Source of the DNA: an uncultured Dehalococcoidia bacterium
GTDB taxonomy: Bacteria > Chloroflexota > Dehalococcoidia > Lucifugimonadales > G958296245
Direction of reading: 5' to 3'
Length of the DNA stretch: 64,000 bases
Assembly: GCA_958296245.1 (NCBI GenBank)
Contig: OY282458.1
Coordinates: 1,190,238-1,254,237, forward strand
The position numbers and the translations under genes were made by a program. The notes under the pieces are model-generated. The model was not told the DNA's origin. It searched no databases and saw nothing but the letters and a program-made list of their open reading frames with translations. Shown one piece after another: positions 9,924 through 18,992 of the stretch. How positions within the stretch are numbered: position 1 is the stretch's first letter; every line of letters starts with the position of its first letter.

Positions 9924-11249
9924 ATGAAGAGATCGTTGATGAGCTTGGTCTTCGTGCTGATTGGGCTGTTGCTGATGGGAAACGAAGCTACTTGTGGAGG
10001 GGATGAGATCGAACTGATAAATATGGCAGAATTTCAGGTAGATCCGGTGTGGTCGAAGGACGGCTCGCAGCTGATCATCTCCCACCCGCCGAGTGGTCTA
10101 TTCTCGGTTGACTCCGATGGATCGAACGTGAGGGCCATTCCTTCGGCCTCGTCCGTTGGGAACGTTTCGAGCCCGGGGAGTTTTGCGGCTGCCCTTTCCC
10201 CTGACGGATCACGCCTCGCCTATGCTATGGACATGAAAGGAGATGACACCTCCGATATAGTGACCTCTGCTATCAACGGTTCCGACCTACGCAGGCTGAC
10301 GAACGACGGGTGCTATAGCATATATCCGGTGTGGTCTCCCGACGGCAGCCGTATCGCCTTCGTATCGGACCGCGCTGGGACGTACATGAGATTCCACCTC
10401 TACGTAATGGACGCGGACGGGTCCAACGTGAGGAGCGTGGAGTCATCGCTTGGATCCTGGGGATTACCGCCTGCGTGGTCTCCCGACGGCAGCCGCATTG
10501 CGTTTATAGCCCACCGCCGTGGAGAGGAAGACCTTGGGCGCGGGACCGTCCTCTTCTCCGTACGTCCGGACGGGTCTGGGCTGACGGAGCTCGGGAATAC
10601 GGCAAGTTACCCTGCGTGGTCTCCCGACGGCGATAGAATCGCCTTCATCAGGAGGGTAGAGACAGGCGGGCAGACGTATGGTGGGCTGTGGACAGTGGAG
10701 GGGGACGGGTCCAACCCGCGTGAGTTGCAAAGCTTCTCATTCTCATCCCCCGGTGAGATTCCCTTCTACAGGACACTTTCGTGGTCTCCCGACGGATCGC
10801 AGATTCTCTACGGCACAGATGGATTCTTCATGCTCCTATCAGTCGATCGAGATTACGCCCGGGCCGCGCCGGTCGCATATTTCCCGCGCAGCATGTTCGA
10901 TAGAGCCCCCGGTTTGGTCGAGGTAATGAGCCCCATAGATGTCGCGGCAAGGATTTCCAATGTTGGCTTGGACATTCGCTATCTCGCGCCGACCGCCGTG
11001 GCCCAGACCTCGCCGACCACCGTGCCCCAGACCACACCGACCACCGTGAGCTACCATTTCCCGTCCGCCCCGACGGGGAAGACAGCGGGGGCCGCATGGT
11101 CCCCCGACGGTTCGAGGATCGCCTTCTTTCGGAATACCGGCCTAGAGAACGCTGTCGTGCTGTACACCACGTCCAGTGACGGGTCGGACAAGCGCGTCCT
11201 GCTGATGGGAGATGACCCGCGTATAGCAAGTAGAGAAATCGGCAAGTAG
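9924..11249 (+). CDS. Secreted PD40/TolB-like beta-propeller repeat protein
   Basis: The N-terminal signal/lipobox-like segment is MKRSLMSLVFVLIGLLLMGNEATCGG. At least 6 repeats of the W(S/A)PDGS(R/Q)IAF type are present. GC is lower than in the flanking core genes. Confidence 0.85.
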   Translation: MKRSLMSLVFVLIGLLLMGNEATCGGDEIELINMAEFQVDPVWSKDGSQLIISHPPSGLFSVDSDGSNVRAIPSASSVGNVSSPGSFAAALSPDGSRLAYAMDMKGDDTSDIVTSAINGSDLRRLTNDGCYSIYPVWSPDGSRIAFVSDRAGTYMRFHLYVMDADGSNVRSVESSLGSWGLPPAWSPDGSRIAFIAHRRGEEDLGRGTVLFSVRPDGSGLTELGNTASYPAWSPDGDRIAFIRRVETGGQTYGGLWTVEGDGSNPRELQSFSFSSPGEIPFYRTLSWSPDGSQILYGTDGFFMLLSVDRDYARAAPVAYFPRSMFDRAPGLVEVMSPIDVAARISNVGLDIRYLAPTAVAQTSPTTVPQTTPTTVSYHFPSAPTGKTAGAAWSPDGSRIAFFRNTGLENAVVLYTTSSDGSDKRVLLMGDDPRIASREIGK

Positions 11250-11405
11250 AGTACTAATGAACCCCTGAACAAGTCCACGGATCGTGGTATAGCGGCATAA
11301 GGAAGTTGGCTGCGTCGATGGGTTATTCAGAGTATCCCTAAAGTGGAAGCAAAAGGATGAAACGAGTGGTTGAGCGCCGACAGGACGTCTGGGACTCAAG
11401 GACGC

Positions 11406-11717
11406 TAGGAGCATGAACTTGAAGGCGACGGCGTGTTCTCTCTTGCGGGTGAAGCGGGAGAACTTCCAGACCAGAATCTCGTGGAAGGGAGAGTTGGGAC
11501 GGCTGGCCTCGTCCAACATCCTGCGGAACTGGGGCCGGTCGGCGATGCGTCCGCTCTCCGCCTCGTCGACGTACTCGCGGGCGACCACGTAGCCGTTCTT
11601 CTCGGCGTAGTCCCTGAGCGCCCTGAGCTGGGCGGTGACGGACAGGTCAACGTCCTGCCTATCGCTGGACACCCTAGCGTAGAGGGCCGCCGGCGTGGGG
11701 TCTTGCCGTTCACTCAT
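11406..11717 (-). pseudogene. Serine recombinase, N-terminal resolvase-domain fragment only
   Basis: The peptide MSERQDPTPAALYARVSSDRQDVDLSVTAQLRALRDYAEKNGYVVAREYVDEAESGRIADRPQFRRMLDE...ILVWKFSRFTRKREH includes the catalytic YARVSS motif. Similarity ends after about 104 aa near 11406. No recombinase or zinc-ribbon domains follow. Confidence 0.75.
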
Positions 11718-12039
11718 CTGTGGGTCTTCCTTCTGCGTGTTCCCGATCATCCTGGCGAGCCTTCAGCCTCTCGTATCGCATCGTCCGCCGCCACTCCCAT
11801 TCCTCCATGTAGTTGCGGAGGGCCTCCCACACCAGCTCGCTCATGGTGCGGCTCTCCTCGCGCATTACCTGCTGCACTTGCTCCGCCATCTGCGGCAGCA
11901 GAGAGAAGGTGATGGTTTTCGTGTTCCTGGGTTTGGCGGACACTCTCTCTTTGCCTCTCGTTGTAATACGTGGGCCAACCGGCCTTCCGTTATCAAGGAG
12001 TGGCGGCCCCGGCAGAGCCGTATCCGCCCCTAGCCCCAT
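11710..12039 (-). CDS. Ribbon-helix-helix (CopG/Arc-like) domain protein
   Basis: KTITFSLLPQMAEQVQQVMREESRTMSELVWEALRNYM fits the RHH beta-alpha-alpha pattern. The stop overlaps the recombinase start. The start codon is uncertain. Confidence 0.55.
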   Translation of the reverse strand: MGLGADTALPGPPLLDNGRPVGPRITTRGKERVSAKPRNTKTITFSLLPQMAEQVQQVMREESRTMSELVWEALRNYMEEWEWRRTMRYERLKARQDDREHAEGRPTDE

Positions 12040-12043
12040 CTGC

Positions 12044-12481
12044 TCAAATCACCTGGTGGACCTGTGGGATGCGCTCGAAGGACGCATGGCCCAGCTGCGG
12101 CGAGAGAATGGAGCGGTCGCGGTAGGGCACGGCGGTGACAGACACCTTCGCCAGGCGTCCGTGCCAATTGACGGGCCTTGCGGCTACGGTCACGTCGTCG
12201 GCCCGCCACAGGTCGTGGCCGCTCACCCTCTCCACGTAGACGGGCCTGCCAGTGAGAACGACCCGCTCGGCCACCGAGCCGGGAGCGGGTGGAGCGCCCC
12301 GCCGGGGCAGCAGACCCCGCAGACACGACAGGGGCCTCTTCTGCGTCCTAAGCCTGAATCCCGGCGTACGGGCCACCACCGTGGCCCTGAAGACCTCCGG
12401 CGCGGGGGCGGCTTCCCACGTGCGCGGCTCCCCCTCCTCCTTACGCTCGTACAGCACCGTCAGCAAGGGCTGGCTCTGCAT
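12044..12481 (-). CDS. Hypothetical protein
   Basis: The ORF was trimmed to the ATG at 12481 (MQSQPLLTVLYERKEEG...), 17 nt downstream of the ImmA-like stop. It runs in the same direction as its neighbours. I recognise no domain. Confidence 0.5.
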   Translation of the reverse strand: MQSQPLLTVLYERKEEGEPRTWEAAPAPEVFRATVVARTPGFRLRTQKRPLSCLRGLLPRRGAPPAPGSVAERVVLTGRPVYVERVSGHDLWRADDVTVAARPVNWHGRLAKVSVTAVPYRDRSILSPQLGHASFERIPQVHQVI

Positions 12482-12501
12482 CACCTCGGCCAGCCTGATG
12501 G

Positions 12502-13002
12502 TCAACGAGGAGTAGGCGCGCCGTAGGTCCGTTGCAGGGCCACCACGTCGAACCCGGCGGTCTGGGCGAACAGGGAGAACAGATGTGGCTGCATCAGGGC
12601 CGCCGCCGCGAAGCGGTCGGCCTGACGGCACAGGGCCCTGTCCTGCGGGAGTCCGACCTTGGGATGGAGGTCCCGGAGCCGCTCCCTGACGATCTCGTAG
12701 GTCTCGTGTAGCACCGTGTGCTCCTGCGCCCCGTTCCCGTCGGCGGCGTCGTACCTGATGAGATAGCGTCCGTTCTTCGTCCCCGTGTGGTAGCCCCTCA
12801 AGCCTCCGACCTCGCTGGAGCCTACGACGCTCCCGACGCCGGCGTTGTCCAGGATGGCCTTGATCTCATCCATGCGGGGGAAGGTGGAGAGGCCGAAGAA
12901 GTCCACGAACTCCCGCGCTATGTCAGTCGGATGGAGTCTCCCTTTGGGAGTCCCTTCGTTCACGAGGCGGTGACAGAAGTCGTCCAGCATGACGCCGTTC
13001 AT
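12502..13002 (-). CDS. ImmA/IrrE-like (DUF955) putative metallopeptidase with a degenerate motif
   Basis: Size and position (ATGA overlap with the upstream XRE gene) fit an ImmR/ImmA pair. The motif region reads VLHETYEIV (HExxE rather than HExxH). Confidence 0.55.
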   Translation of the reverse strand: MNGVMLDDFCHRLVNEGTPKGRLHPTDIAREFVDFFGLSTFPRMDEIKAILDNAGVGSVVGSSEVGGLRGYHTGTKNGRYLIRYDAADGNGAQEHTVLHETYEIVRERLRDLHPKVGLPQDRALCRQADRFAAAALMQPHLFSLFAQTAGFDVVALQRTYGAPTPR

Positions 13003-13405
13003 TCGAGCAGCCTCTTTCCGCTGTAGCGCTCGTAAAGCTCCACGATGAAGCGCTTGGACTCGATGGAGAGGGGACCCCTGGGCCTGGCGCCCACGCGGAA
13101 CACGGGGTCGGACAGGACGTACCGGTAGGCCCGCTCCACCTCGGCCGTCTCATCGACCTCCGGCTCCGCTCCCTCCTCCTCCAGGTACCCGGCCCTCCTC
13201 AGCAATTCGTGCACTCCGACGCCGTAGAGGGCGGCCAGCCGCCGGAGCAGCTTGGGTCCCGGATGGCGGATGCCCTTCTCGATCTGGGAGAGGTAGGCGT
13301 TGGAGACGCCGCTGAGCCTCTGGACGGCCTGGCTGCCGGTCTCCCCCGCAGACGCTTGAGCATCTGCCCGATGTCCTCGTCCCGGCGGTCGGTCTCCTCG
13401 GTCAT
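12999..13405 (-). pseudogene. XRE-family HTH repressor (ImmR-like) interrupted by a 1-nt frameshift
   Basis: Frame 1 reads MTEETDRRDEDIGQMLKRLRG. After a C5 run at 13343-13347 the HTH continues in another frame: ETGSQAVQRLSGVSNAYLSQIEKGIRHPGPKLLRRLAALYGVGVHELLRRAGYLEEE... down to 12999. Confidence 0.75.
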
Positions 13406-13418
13406 CGCAGCCTCCTCA

Positions 13419-13482
13419 TGCAATTCGTGTGTTGCACTGGCGCCTTCACACCATGATCCACCCGTGCATGACACCGAATGCA
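13419..13482. promoter_or_regulatory. Two 18-bp palindromic operator candidates in the divergent XRE/XRE intergenic region
   Basis: TGCAA-N8-TTGCA (13419-13436) and TGCAT-N8-ATGCA (13466-13482) lie between the divergently transcribed HTH genes. Confidence 0.4.
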
Positions 13483-13687
13483 GATGAGAGCCGGACACGT
13501 GAAGACGAAGCCGAGGCTCACGAAGAAGCAGAACGAGACGCGGCTGCGGGGCCTGAGAATCCTAGCCCGCATGATCGTGCGCCATCATATCGCGTCCCTC
13601 AGAGAGGACAGCCGGGGGCGTCCTTCGACATCTCGCAGAGACCCCGAAGCGAGTATCGGCCAGACTCCCCCCGGAAGGAGGATGGGC

Positions 13688-13930
13688 ATGGCGGGTAAGC
13701 GCCCCTGTACGAAGGTCAGGTTGAAGGCCGGGGCGGTGTGGGACCGCCTCAACCGGCTCAACATGACCCAGAACGACCTGGCTCGTCTGGTCGGCGTCTC
13801 GTCGGGCTACCTCTCACGCCTGATAAACGGGAGGCGCTGCCCGTCGCCCCGGATGCGGCAGGGCCTCATGGAGGCCCTGGACTGCTCCGAGTTCGACGAC
13901 TTGTTCGTCGTGGTGAGCGCCGATGAGTAG
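13688..13930 (+). CDS. XRE-family HTH protein (Cro-like partner of the switch)
   Basis: GGAAGGAGG at 13672-13680 precedes ATGs at 13682 and 13688. The HTH is LNMTQNDLARLVGVSSGYLSRLINGRRCPS. Confidence 0.75.
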   Translation: MAGKRPCTKVRLKAGAVWDRLNRLNMTQNDLARLVGVSSGYLSRLINGRRCPSPRMRQGLMEALDCSEFDDLFVVVSADE

Positions 13931-14213
13931 AGCACGCCGAACCCCATCCACGCTGTTCCCGCCTGGCGTAGCCCTGCTGCCGGAGGACTTCTCCGAGCGG
14001 CTGAACGTCCTCAAAGAGATCACCGGGCTGTCCTGGGACGGGATGGCGGTGTGCATGGGCGTGGACAGCCGGCAGCTGCTGCGCTGGCGTCAGGGCGGGT
14101 GGCCCAACGGAGGGGCGATGCTGGCCCTGGTGCGGCTGGCGATTCGGGTGCCTGGGGGACTGGGGGAGCTGTTGGACGAGGACGTGACCGTAACCTACAA
14201 GCCGAGGAGATAG
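13923..14213 (+). CDS. Small HTH-like protein, paralog 1
   Basis: LPEDFSERLNVLKEITGLSWDGMAVCMGVDSRQLLRWRQGGWPNGGAMLALVRLA aligns with the next gene. The start overlaps the upstream stop. Confidence 0.65.
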   Translation: MSRARRTPSTLFPPGVALLPEDFSERLNVLKEITGLSWDGMAVCMGVDSRQLLRWRQGGWPNGGAMLALVRLAIRVPGGLGELLDEDVTVTYKPRR

Positions 14214-14217
14214 GACT

Positions 14218-14493
14218 ATGGGCCGCCGGCAGCAGTGGGTCTACCACGTAGAGCCGTCGCGGTTCCCGCCGGACTTCCCGGAGCGTCTGGAGAGGTTCAG
14301 GGAGGCCGGGGGATTCTCCTCGCGGGCACTGGCGCGGCGGCTGCGGGTGGACAACCGCATGTTGCGGCGCTGGCGGAGGGGGGCGCAGCCGGACCCGGGA
14401 CAACTCGTCGCCCTGTTCAACCTCGCCGCCGAGATGGGGATCCTGCACATCCTGCTGCCGGCGGTCGGGGAGCCGGAGGCCGTCGAGCGGTGA
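14218..14493 (+). CDS. Small HTH-like protein, paralog 2
   Basis: FPPDFPERLERFREAGGFSSRALARRLRVDNRMLRRWRRGAQPDPGQLVALFNLA is a clear paralog of 13923-14213. Confidence 0.65.
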   Translation: MGRRQQWVYHVEPSRFPPDFPERLERFREAGGFSSRALARRLRVDNRMLRRWRRGAQPDPGQLVALFNLAAEMGILHILLPAVGEPEAVER

Positions 14494-14527
14494 GCCATAG
14501 GTGATCGGCGGTGTGGGCGACGCTCCA

Positions 14528-14563
14528 GGCGGGAAGACCCTTCTTTGGGGTCTTCCCGCCTTT
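14528..14563. terminator. Bidirectional intrinsic terminator between convergent genes
   Basis: GGCGGGAAGACCC-ttctttg-GGGTCTTCCCGCC forms a perfect 13-bp stem and is followed by TTT. Confidence 0.7.
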
Positions 14564-14607
14564 CATATCCTGAAGACCTCCGGCGAGGGACTCCGCGGAC
14601 GCATCGT

Positions 14608-16311
14608 CTAGCAGCTCCCGTATCGAGTCCTATCCTCGACTCCGATCGAGGGACTGGGCGGGCTCTGGAAGGCGTAGGTGGATTCCGAGCCGTCTGGGGC
14701 GCGCCATGCCCGCCCCAGGGGACCCACCGTCTCCAGCAGGCTCCTGTGGGAGACCCAGAGGGGGACCTTCACCCCGGTTCGCTCCATCTCTTCCCGCGCC
14801 ACCCGCAGGAAGTGCGTCTGAGCGATGTCGTCCTCGAAGACGACCAGAACGGAGGGCTGTGCGCCCTGGTCGTCAATGGGCCGGTGGGAGGAGTAGTAGT
14901 GCAGGTAGGGGGCTATGCGGGCCGCCATCGTCACGGGTCGCACGGCGCGGCGCTCCCACTCCAGGAAGAAGGGCCACGTCGCGTCTCCCCTGCGCAGGAC
15001 TCCGAATGCGTCGGGGCGGACCGACCGCAGCCCTCCGCCGTGCCGGAAGTAGCGGGACGCACGGCGGGGCGGGTCGAGCTGGACCACCTCCCTGGAGCGG
15101 GAGCGGGCCTGTCTCTCCATGACCGCTGTGAACCAGTGCACCGCCTCGGTGTGCTCGACGTTCCTGAGCAGCTGCCGGCTCCTGCTGCCGGACACGTTGC
15201 GCCACGCGAGGGGAGCCTGGGGGTTCGCGGGAGTGACGCTCCACCGCTGCTTTGCCGCACCCACTGCGGCGCGGTCCCTGCGGGCGAGCGTCGCCAGCCC
15301 CCGGTCGGCAAGCGCCAGTCTGCGGCGGCCCTCGACGTGGAGATCGGCGACGAGTCCCAGCCCTTCGAGCCGTTGCAGCACCAGTGACAGCCTCGACCGC
15401 TTCACCCCCAGCAGCTCGCCCAAGTGGGCGGGCGACACCCAGGGCCAGTCGGAGAGCAGATCGAGGACGCGCTTCTCGGTGGGCTTGAGCAACACGGACA
15501 GCATGTGCCCGGGCGCGTCCTGCCCAGAGCCGTCGACGTCGAGCGCTTCGGGTAGAGACGCCTGCGCGGGCGGCTCCTCGGTCGGCCACACGCCGCGCGG
15601 CCCCGTGTGCGAAAGCGCTGTCCGCAGGTCGAGGAGGGCGGCCCCGGAGGGCGCACGCCAGACGCGGACGTTCGTCCCGGCGGAGGCAGCCTCGCTCTCG
15701 AGAGCGAGGAAGGCTAGGGCGGGCGCTCCGGCGACCAGCCTGCGGGCGTGTCTCAGCCGCACCTCGTCGGGCATGAGCATGAGGACGGCGCTGGGCGGCG
15801 GCCCCTCCCTGAGCCGCCACATCCGCTTGGAGAAGGCCGTCCTGTCGGTCGTGAGTCCCTGCCTGACGACGGCGATCACCCTCCCGTCGGGGAGCGCAAT
15901 GGCTGCGTCCACAGGCATGGCCCTGTACCAGCGGAAGCGTATGGGGTGTGCGACGTTGGAGATTGCGGAGGCCAGGCGGTATATGACGGCCACGGCGTCG
16001 AGGCGCTCCGTCAGGACGCGCCGCCATTGGCCGGAGACGGGATACCTGAGAAGCAGCTCGTCCACGGTCGTGCCCTCGTCTCGGGCCAGCCGGTGCAGCC
16101 CGGCGGCGGTGAGGTGGAACCTTCGCGTCGGCGGGATGAGGTCCGATGCGTGGGAGACGGAACCGGCCAGCCCTCCCTTCTCCAGCTTCTCGACGGCCTC
16201 GTAGACCGCTCCCCTGGACCGGCCGGCGACGGCCGCCATCTCCAGCCGGTCCAGGAAGGGCATCGCGGCCAGACGTCTCAGAAGCTCCGCCTCGCACCCG
16301 TCGCGCCTCAT
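14608..16311 (-). CDS. Replication-relaxation (Replic_Relax) family protein with duplicated winged-helix modules
   Basis: Two wHTH-like segments are present (MPFLDRLEMAAVAGRSRGAVYEAVEKLEKGGL and LSDWPWVSPAHLGELLGVKRSRLSLVLQRLEGLGLV). The C-terminal region RPDAFGVLRRGDATWPFFLEWERR is typical of the family. Confidence 0.7.
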   Translation of the reverse strand: MRRDGCEAELLRRLAAMPFLDRLEMAAVAGRSRGAVYEAVEKLEKGGLAGSVSHASDLIPPTRRFHLTAAGLHRLARDEGTTVDELLLRYPVSGQWRRVLTERLDAVAVIYRLASAISNVAHPIRFRWYRAMPVDAAIALPDGRVIAVVRQGLTTDRTAFSKRMWRLREGPPPSAVLMLMPDEVRLRHARRLVAGAPALAFLALESEAASAGTNVRVWRAPSGAALLDLRTALSHTGPRGVWPTEEPPAQASLPEALDVDGSGQDAPGHMLSVLLKPTEKRVLDLLSDWPWVSPAHLGELLGVKRSRLSLVLQRLEGLGLVADLHVEGRRRLALADRGLATLARRDRAAVGAAKQRWSVTPANPQAPLAWRNVSGSRSRQLLRNVEHTEAVHWFTAVMERQARSRSREVVQLDPPRRASRYFRHGGGLRSVRPDAFGVLRRGDATWPFFLEWERRAVRPVTMAARIAPYLHYYSSHRPIDDQGAQPSVLVVFEDDIAQTHFLRVAREEMERTGVKVPLWVSHRSLLETVGPLGRAWRAPDGSESTYAFQSPPSPSIGVEDRTRYGSC

Positions 16312-18992
16312 TCCACACGCTCCTCATCAGCCGCGTCGACGTCCCACTCCGCGCCGGTCGCGCCCTGTTCGGGGGCTCCGGTGGGCGGCCGGTAGTGCTT
16401 GCTCCGCTGATTCCTGCGCTGCAAATCTTCGGCGGCCTGGCTCTTCCGATCCGACGAGGGGTTCCGTCCGTTCCTGATGTCCTCGACGCCCCTCCGGTGG
16501 TCCTCGGCCCGTCTGCGGCCCTCGGCCTGCTGCGCGGCGATCTCCTCGGTCGTCATGAGATAGCTCCCGGCGGCGGCGCGGATGCGGGCGGCCGTCTCCG
16601 GGTCTCCCTGCTCCGGCTTCCTGACCATCATGGAGAAGGCGGGCATTCGCTCGGTTCCCACGGTGGCGCGGACGTAGCAGTGGTGCACGGGCAGGGACAC
16701 GATGTCGTCCTCGGTCACGCGGTCCTTGCCCAGCTCCCAGACCAGCTGGCGGGCGTCGCTGCCGGCCACCTGGAAGACGGCCAGGCAGCCCACGTTGGCC
16801 AAGATGGTGTCGCGCATGGTGCGGGAGAGGTCGTCCAGCTTGGCGAGGCTCTGCGTTGCCAGCACGAAGCTGGCCCCGAACTTGCCGAGCTCGCTGAGCA
16901 TGGACTCGTAGTCCACGCCGGGCATCGACTGCATCTCGTCCACCACCACCAGCGCGCCTCGGCGCATCTCAGGCTGCAGGCTGCCCTGCTCCCGGATCAC
17001 GGCGTCCACCAAGTTGAGCAGGGACGCGCCCACCAGGGCGGCCACGTCTCTGCCGACGCTCCCCTGGGCGGTGGATACCAGCAGGACTCCGCCCTCCAGA
17101 ATGGTCTCCCGCAGGTTGATGGTGGAGCGGGACTGTCCCAGGATGGCCCGCGCCTTCTTGGAAGAGGCGTAGTAGGAGAGGCGTGTCTGGACCGGGGCGA
17201 GGGCGTCGCCCCGGTAGTCGCGGCGCCAGCCGGCGAAGTCCCTGGCCCACCACTCGAGAAGGTAGGGGTCGGTGACCTTCGCCAAGACACCGCTGCGGAA
17301 CCTGTCGTCGGAGATCAGCCGCAGCCCATCCAGGATGGTGAATTGCTCGTCCTCGTTGGTGGATGGGTGATCGTTGGCCTCGTGGAGGCTCTTCACGGCC
17401 TGCTCCAGGATGGACTGCATCCTCGGCCCCCACTGCTCCCACAAGCCCTTGGCCACCCTGACCACCGAGTCGGCGGTGCGGTCGCGGTCCGCGAAGACGC
17501 GCGTGTCCAGCAGATTGATGCCGGGAGCGCCCCGCTCGTCGGCCAGGTCTATGAGGCGCACCCGGTCTGCGAGGGACTCCGGAACCTGCTCGAGGAGTCC
17601 GCCCACCAAGTCGGCGTGAGGGTCCACGACTACGATGGCGTCGCCGTCCCTGCCCTCGGCCTTCTCCCTCATCTTGTGGACGACGATATGGTGCATGAGG
17701 GTGGACTTGCCCATGCGGGTGCGGGCGACGTAGAGGTGGTGGCGGCGGATCAGGTCGTCGGGGAAGCGGATCTCCCGGGGCCTGCCCGTCGTGGTGTCTC
17801 CCATCGGAGCGCCGCCCCTGACACCCCGCGCCGTGGGGATGAGCGCCTTCGAGCCGGACCTCGCCACCAGGGGCGTCTCGTCCCGCGCTCCCGGCGGGTG
17901 CCAGAGAACCGCCGCCTCCCGGACGCCCATGACGCTGCGCCTGCCGAACAGGCCGGGGCCCGACGGCTCCATGACGGTCGGGTCGGGGACGACGGGGCGC
18001 ACCCTGCCCACCTCGAACCGCGCTCCGGCGGGGTGGTCGTAGTGGCGGTAGGCCGCCGTCACCGGAGTCAGCAGACCCTTCCCCCGCTCCTCGGTCCCGC
18101 CGGGGGGCAGGATAGCGACGACCTGAAGCTCGGCGTCGAAGGCGATGCGTGAGACCTTCTCCTTGATGAGCAGCGGGTCGTAGACGCGGGAGCGGGCCTT
18201 CTTCCAGCGGCGCCAGGCCCAGCCTCCGACGGCCAGCCCCAGGGCCCCGCCCGCGCCCAGCAGCGCGGCCTTCCACGTCTCCCCAGCCTGCACCCATAGG
18301 TAGCCCCGCAGGGCCGCCAACGCTCCCACGCCCAGGACGGCCATCGTGATGCCATCGGTCTGAAGGGGCCTGGTCTGATAGGTATAGGAGGGATCGCGCG
18401 GTTCGTGCCCGGGACGCTTATGGGCCTTTTCCAGGTGAGCCTGGGACCAGTCGGGGCCCAGGGAGCGCAGCAGCAGCCGCGCCACGACCCGCTCACCGGG
18501 ACGCAGGTCCGACAGCGCGCCCAGGAGGGCGATGAGGGGGTCGGAGCCGGGGTCGAGCAGGTCGTCGTCCCGGAAGACCCTGAGCGGCACGTAGTCGGGG
18601 CCGCTGGACCGCAGCGTCATTCCCCACGCCTGCTCCCCCTCGTCAAGCCGCAGGGGGTCATCCTCTGCGTGCACCTCGTGGATGCGGGCCTGAGGGTAGT
18701 GGGTGGATATCTGGCCGCGCACCACCTCGTCGTCGATGCAGCGTGCCATCAGCGTCACGCCGGCGGCGTCCCCGGACAACTCCAGGGAGAAGGGCTCCGG
18801 CACCGCGATGGACTGGAGCAGGTTCTCCACCCCCAGCAGGGTGCGCTCCCCGGTCCTGGGCGGCGTCACCGCCAGCAGCGCCGGAGGGTTGTTGTCACGG
18901 TCGTCCAACAGCCACTTGATGGGGTTCAGCTTCATGGTCCTCTTTTCTCCCTTCTTCCGTTGGTCTCTTAGCGTTCTCGCCGCGTTACCCAT
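16308..18992 (-). CDS. Type IV secretion coupling protein (TraD/VirD4-like ATPase)
   Basis: Two central TM helices are present. The Walker A is ARTRMGKST and the Walker B is LVVVDEMQSM. The start overlaps the VirB4 stop (ATGGGTAA). Confidence 0.8.
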   Translation of the reverse strand: MGNAARTLRDQRKKGEKRTMKLNPIKWLLDDRDNNPPALLAVTPPRTGERTLLGVENLLQSIAVPEPFSLELSGDAAGVTLMARCIDDEVVRGQISTHYPQARIHEVHAEDDPLRLDEGEQAWGMTLRSSGPDYVPLRVFRDDDLLDPGSDPLIALLGALSDLRPGERVVARLLLRSLGPDWSQAHLEKAHKRPGHEPRDPSYTYQTRPLQTDGITMAVLGVGALAALRGYLWVQAGETWKAALLGAGGALGLAVGGWAWRRWKKARSRVYDPLLIKEKVSRIAFDAELQVVAILPPGGTEERGKGLLTPVTAAYRHYDHPAGARFEVGRVRPVVPDPTVMEPSGPGLFGRRSVMGVREAAVLWHPPGARDETPLVARSGSKALIPTARGVRGGAPMGDTTTGRPREIRFPDDLIRRHHLYVARTRMGKSTLMHHIVVHKMREKAEGRDGDAIVVVDPHADLVGGLLEQVPESLADRVRLIDLADERGAPGINLLDTRVFADRDRTADSVVRVAKGLWEQWGPRMQSILEQAVKSLHEANDHPSTNEDEQFTILDGLRLISDDRFRSGVLAKVTDPYLLEWWARDFAGWRRDYRGDALAPVQTRLSYYASSKKARAILGQSRSTINLRETILEGGVLLVSTAQGSVGRDVAALVGASLLNLVDAVIREQGSLQPEMRRGALVVVDEMQSMPGVDYESMLSELGKFGASFVLATQSLAKLDDLSRTMRDTILANVGCLAVFQVAGSDARQLVWELGKDRVTEDDIVSLPVHHCYVRATVGTERMPAFSMMVRKPEQGDPETAARIRAAAGSYLMTTEEIAAQQAEGRRRAEDHRRGVEDIRNGRNPSSDRKSQAAEDLQRRNQRSKHYRPPTGAPEQGATGAEWDVDAADEERVE

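Noticed and set aside
14873-16327. 484-aa and 361-aa ORFs overlapping the Replic_Relax gene in other frames or on the other strand.
   Set aside because: They are extremely R/P/A/G-rich off-frame translations. The 14608-16311 frame has family-typical motifs.
16146-18152. 668-aa plus-strand ORF across the T4CP gene.
   Set aside because: It is antisense to a gene with clear Walker A/B motifs, and its composition is G/A/R/P/V/L biased.
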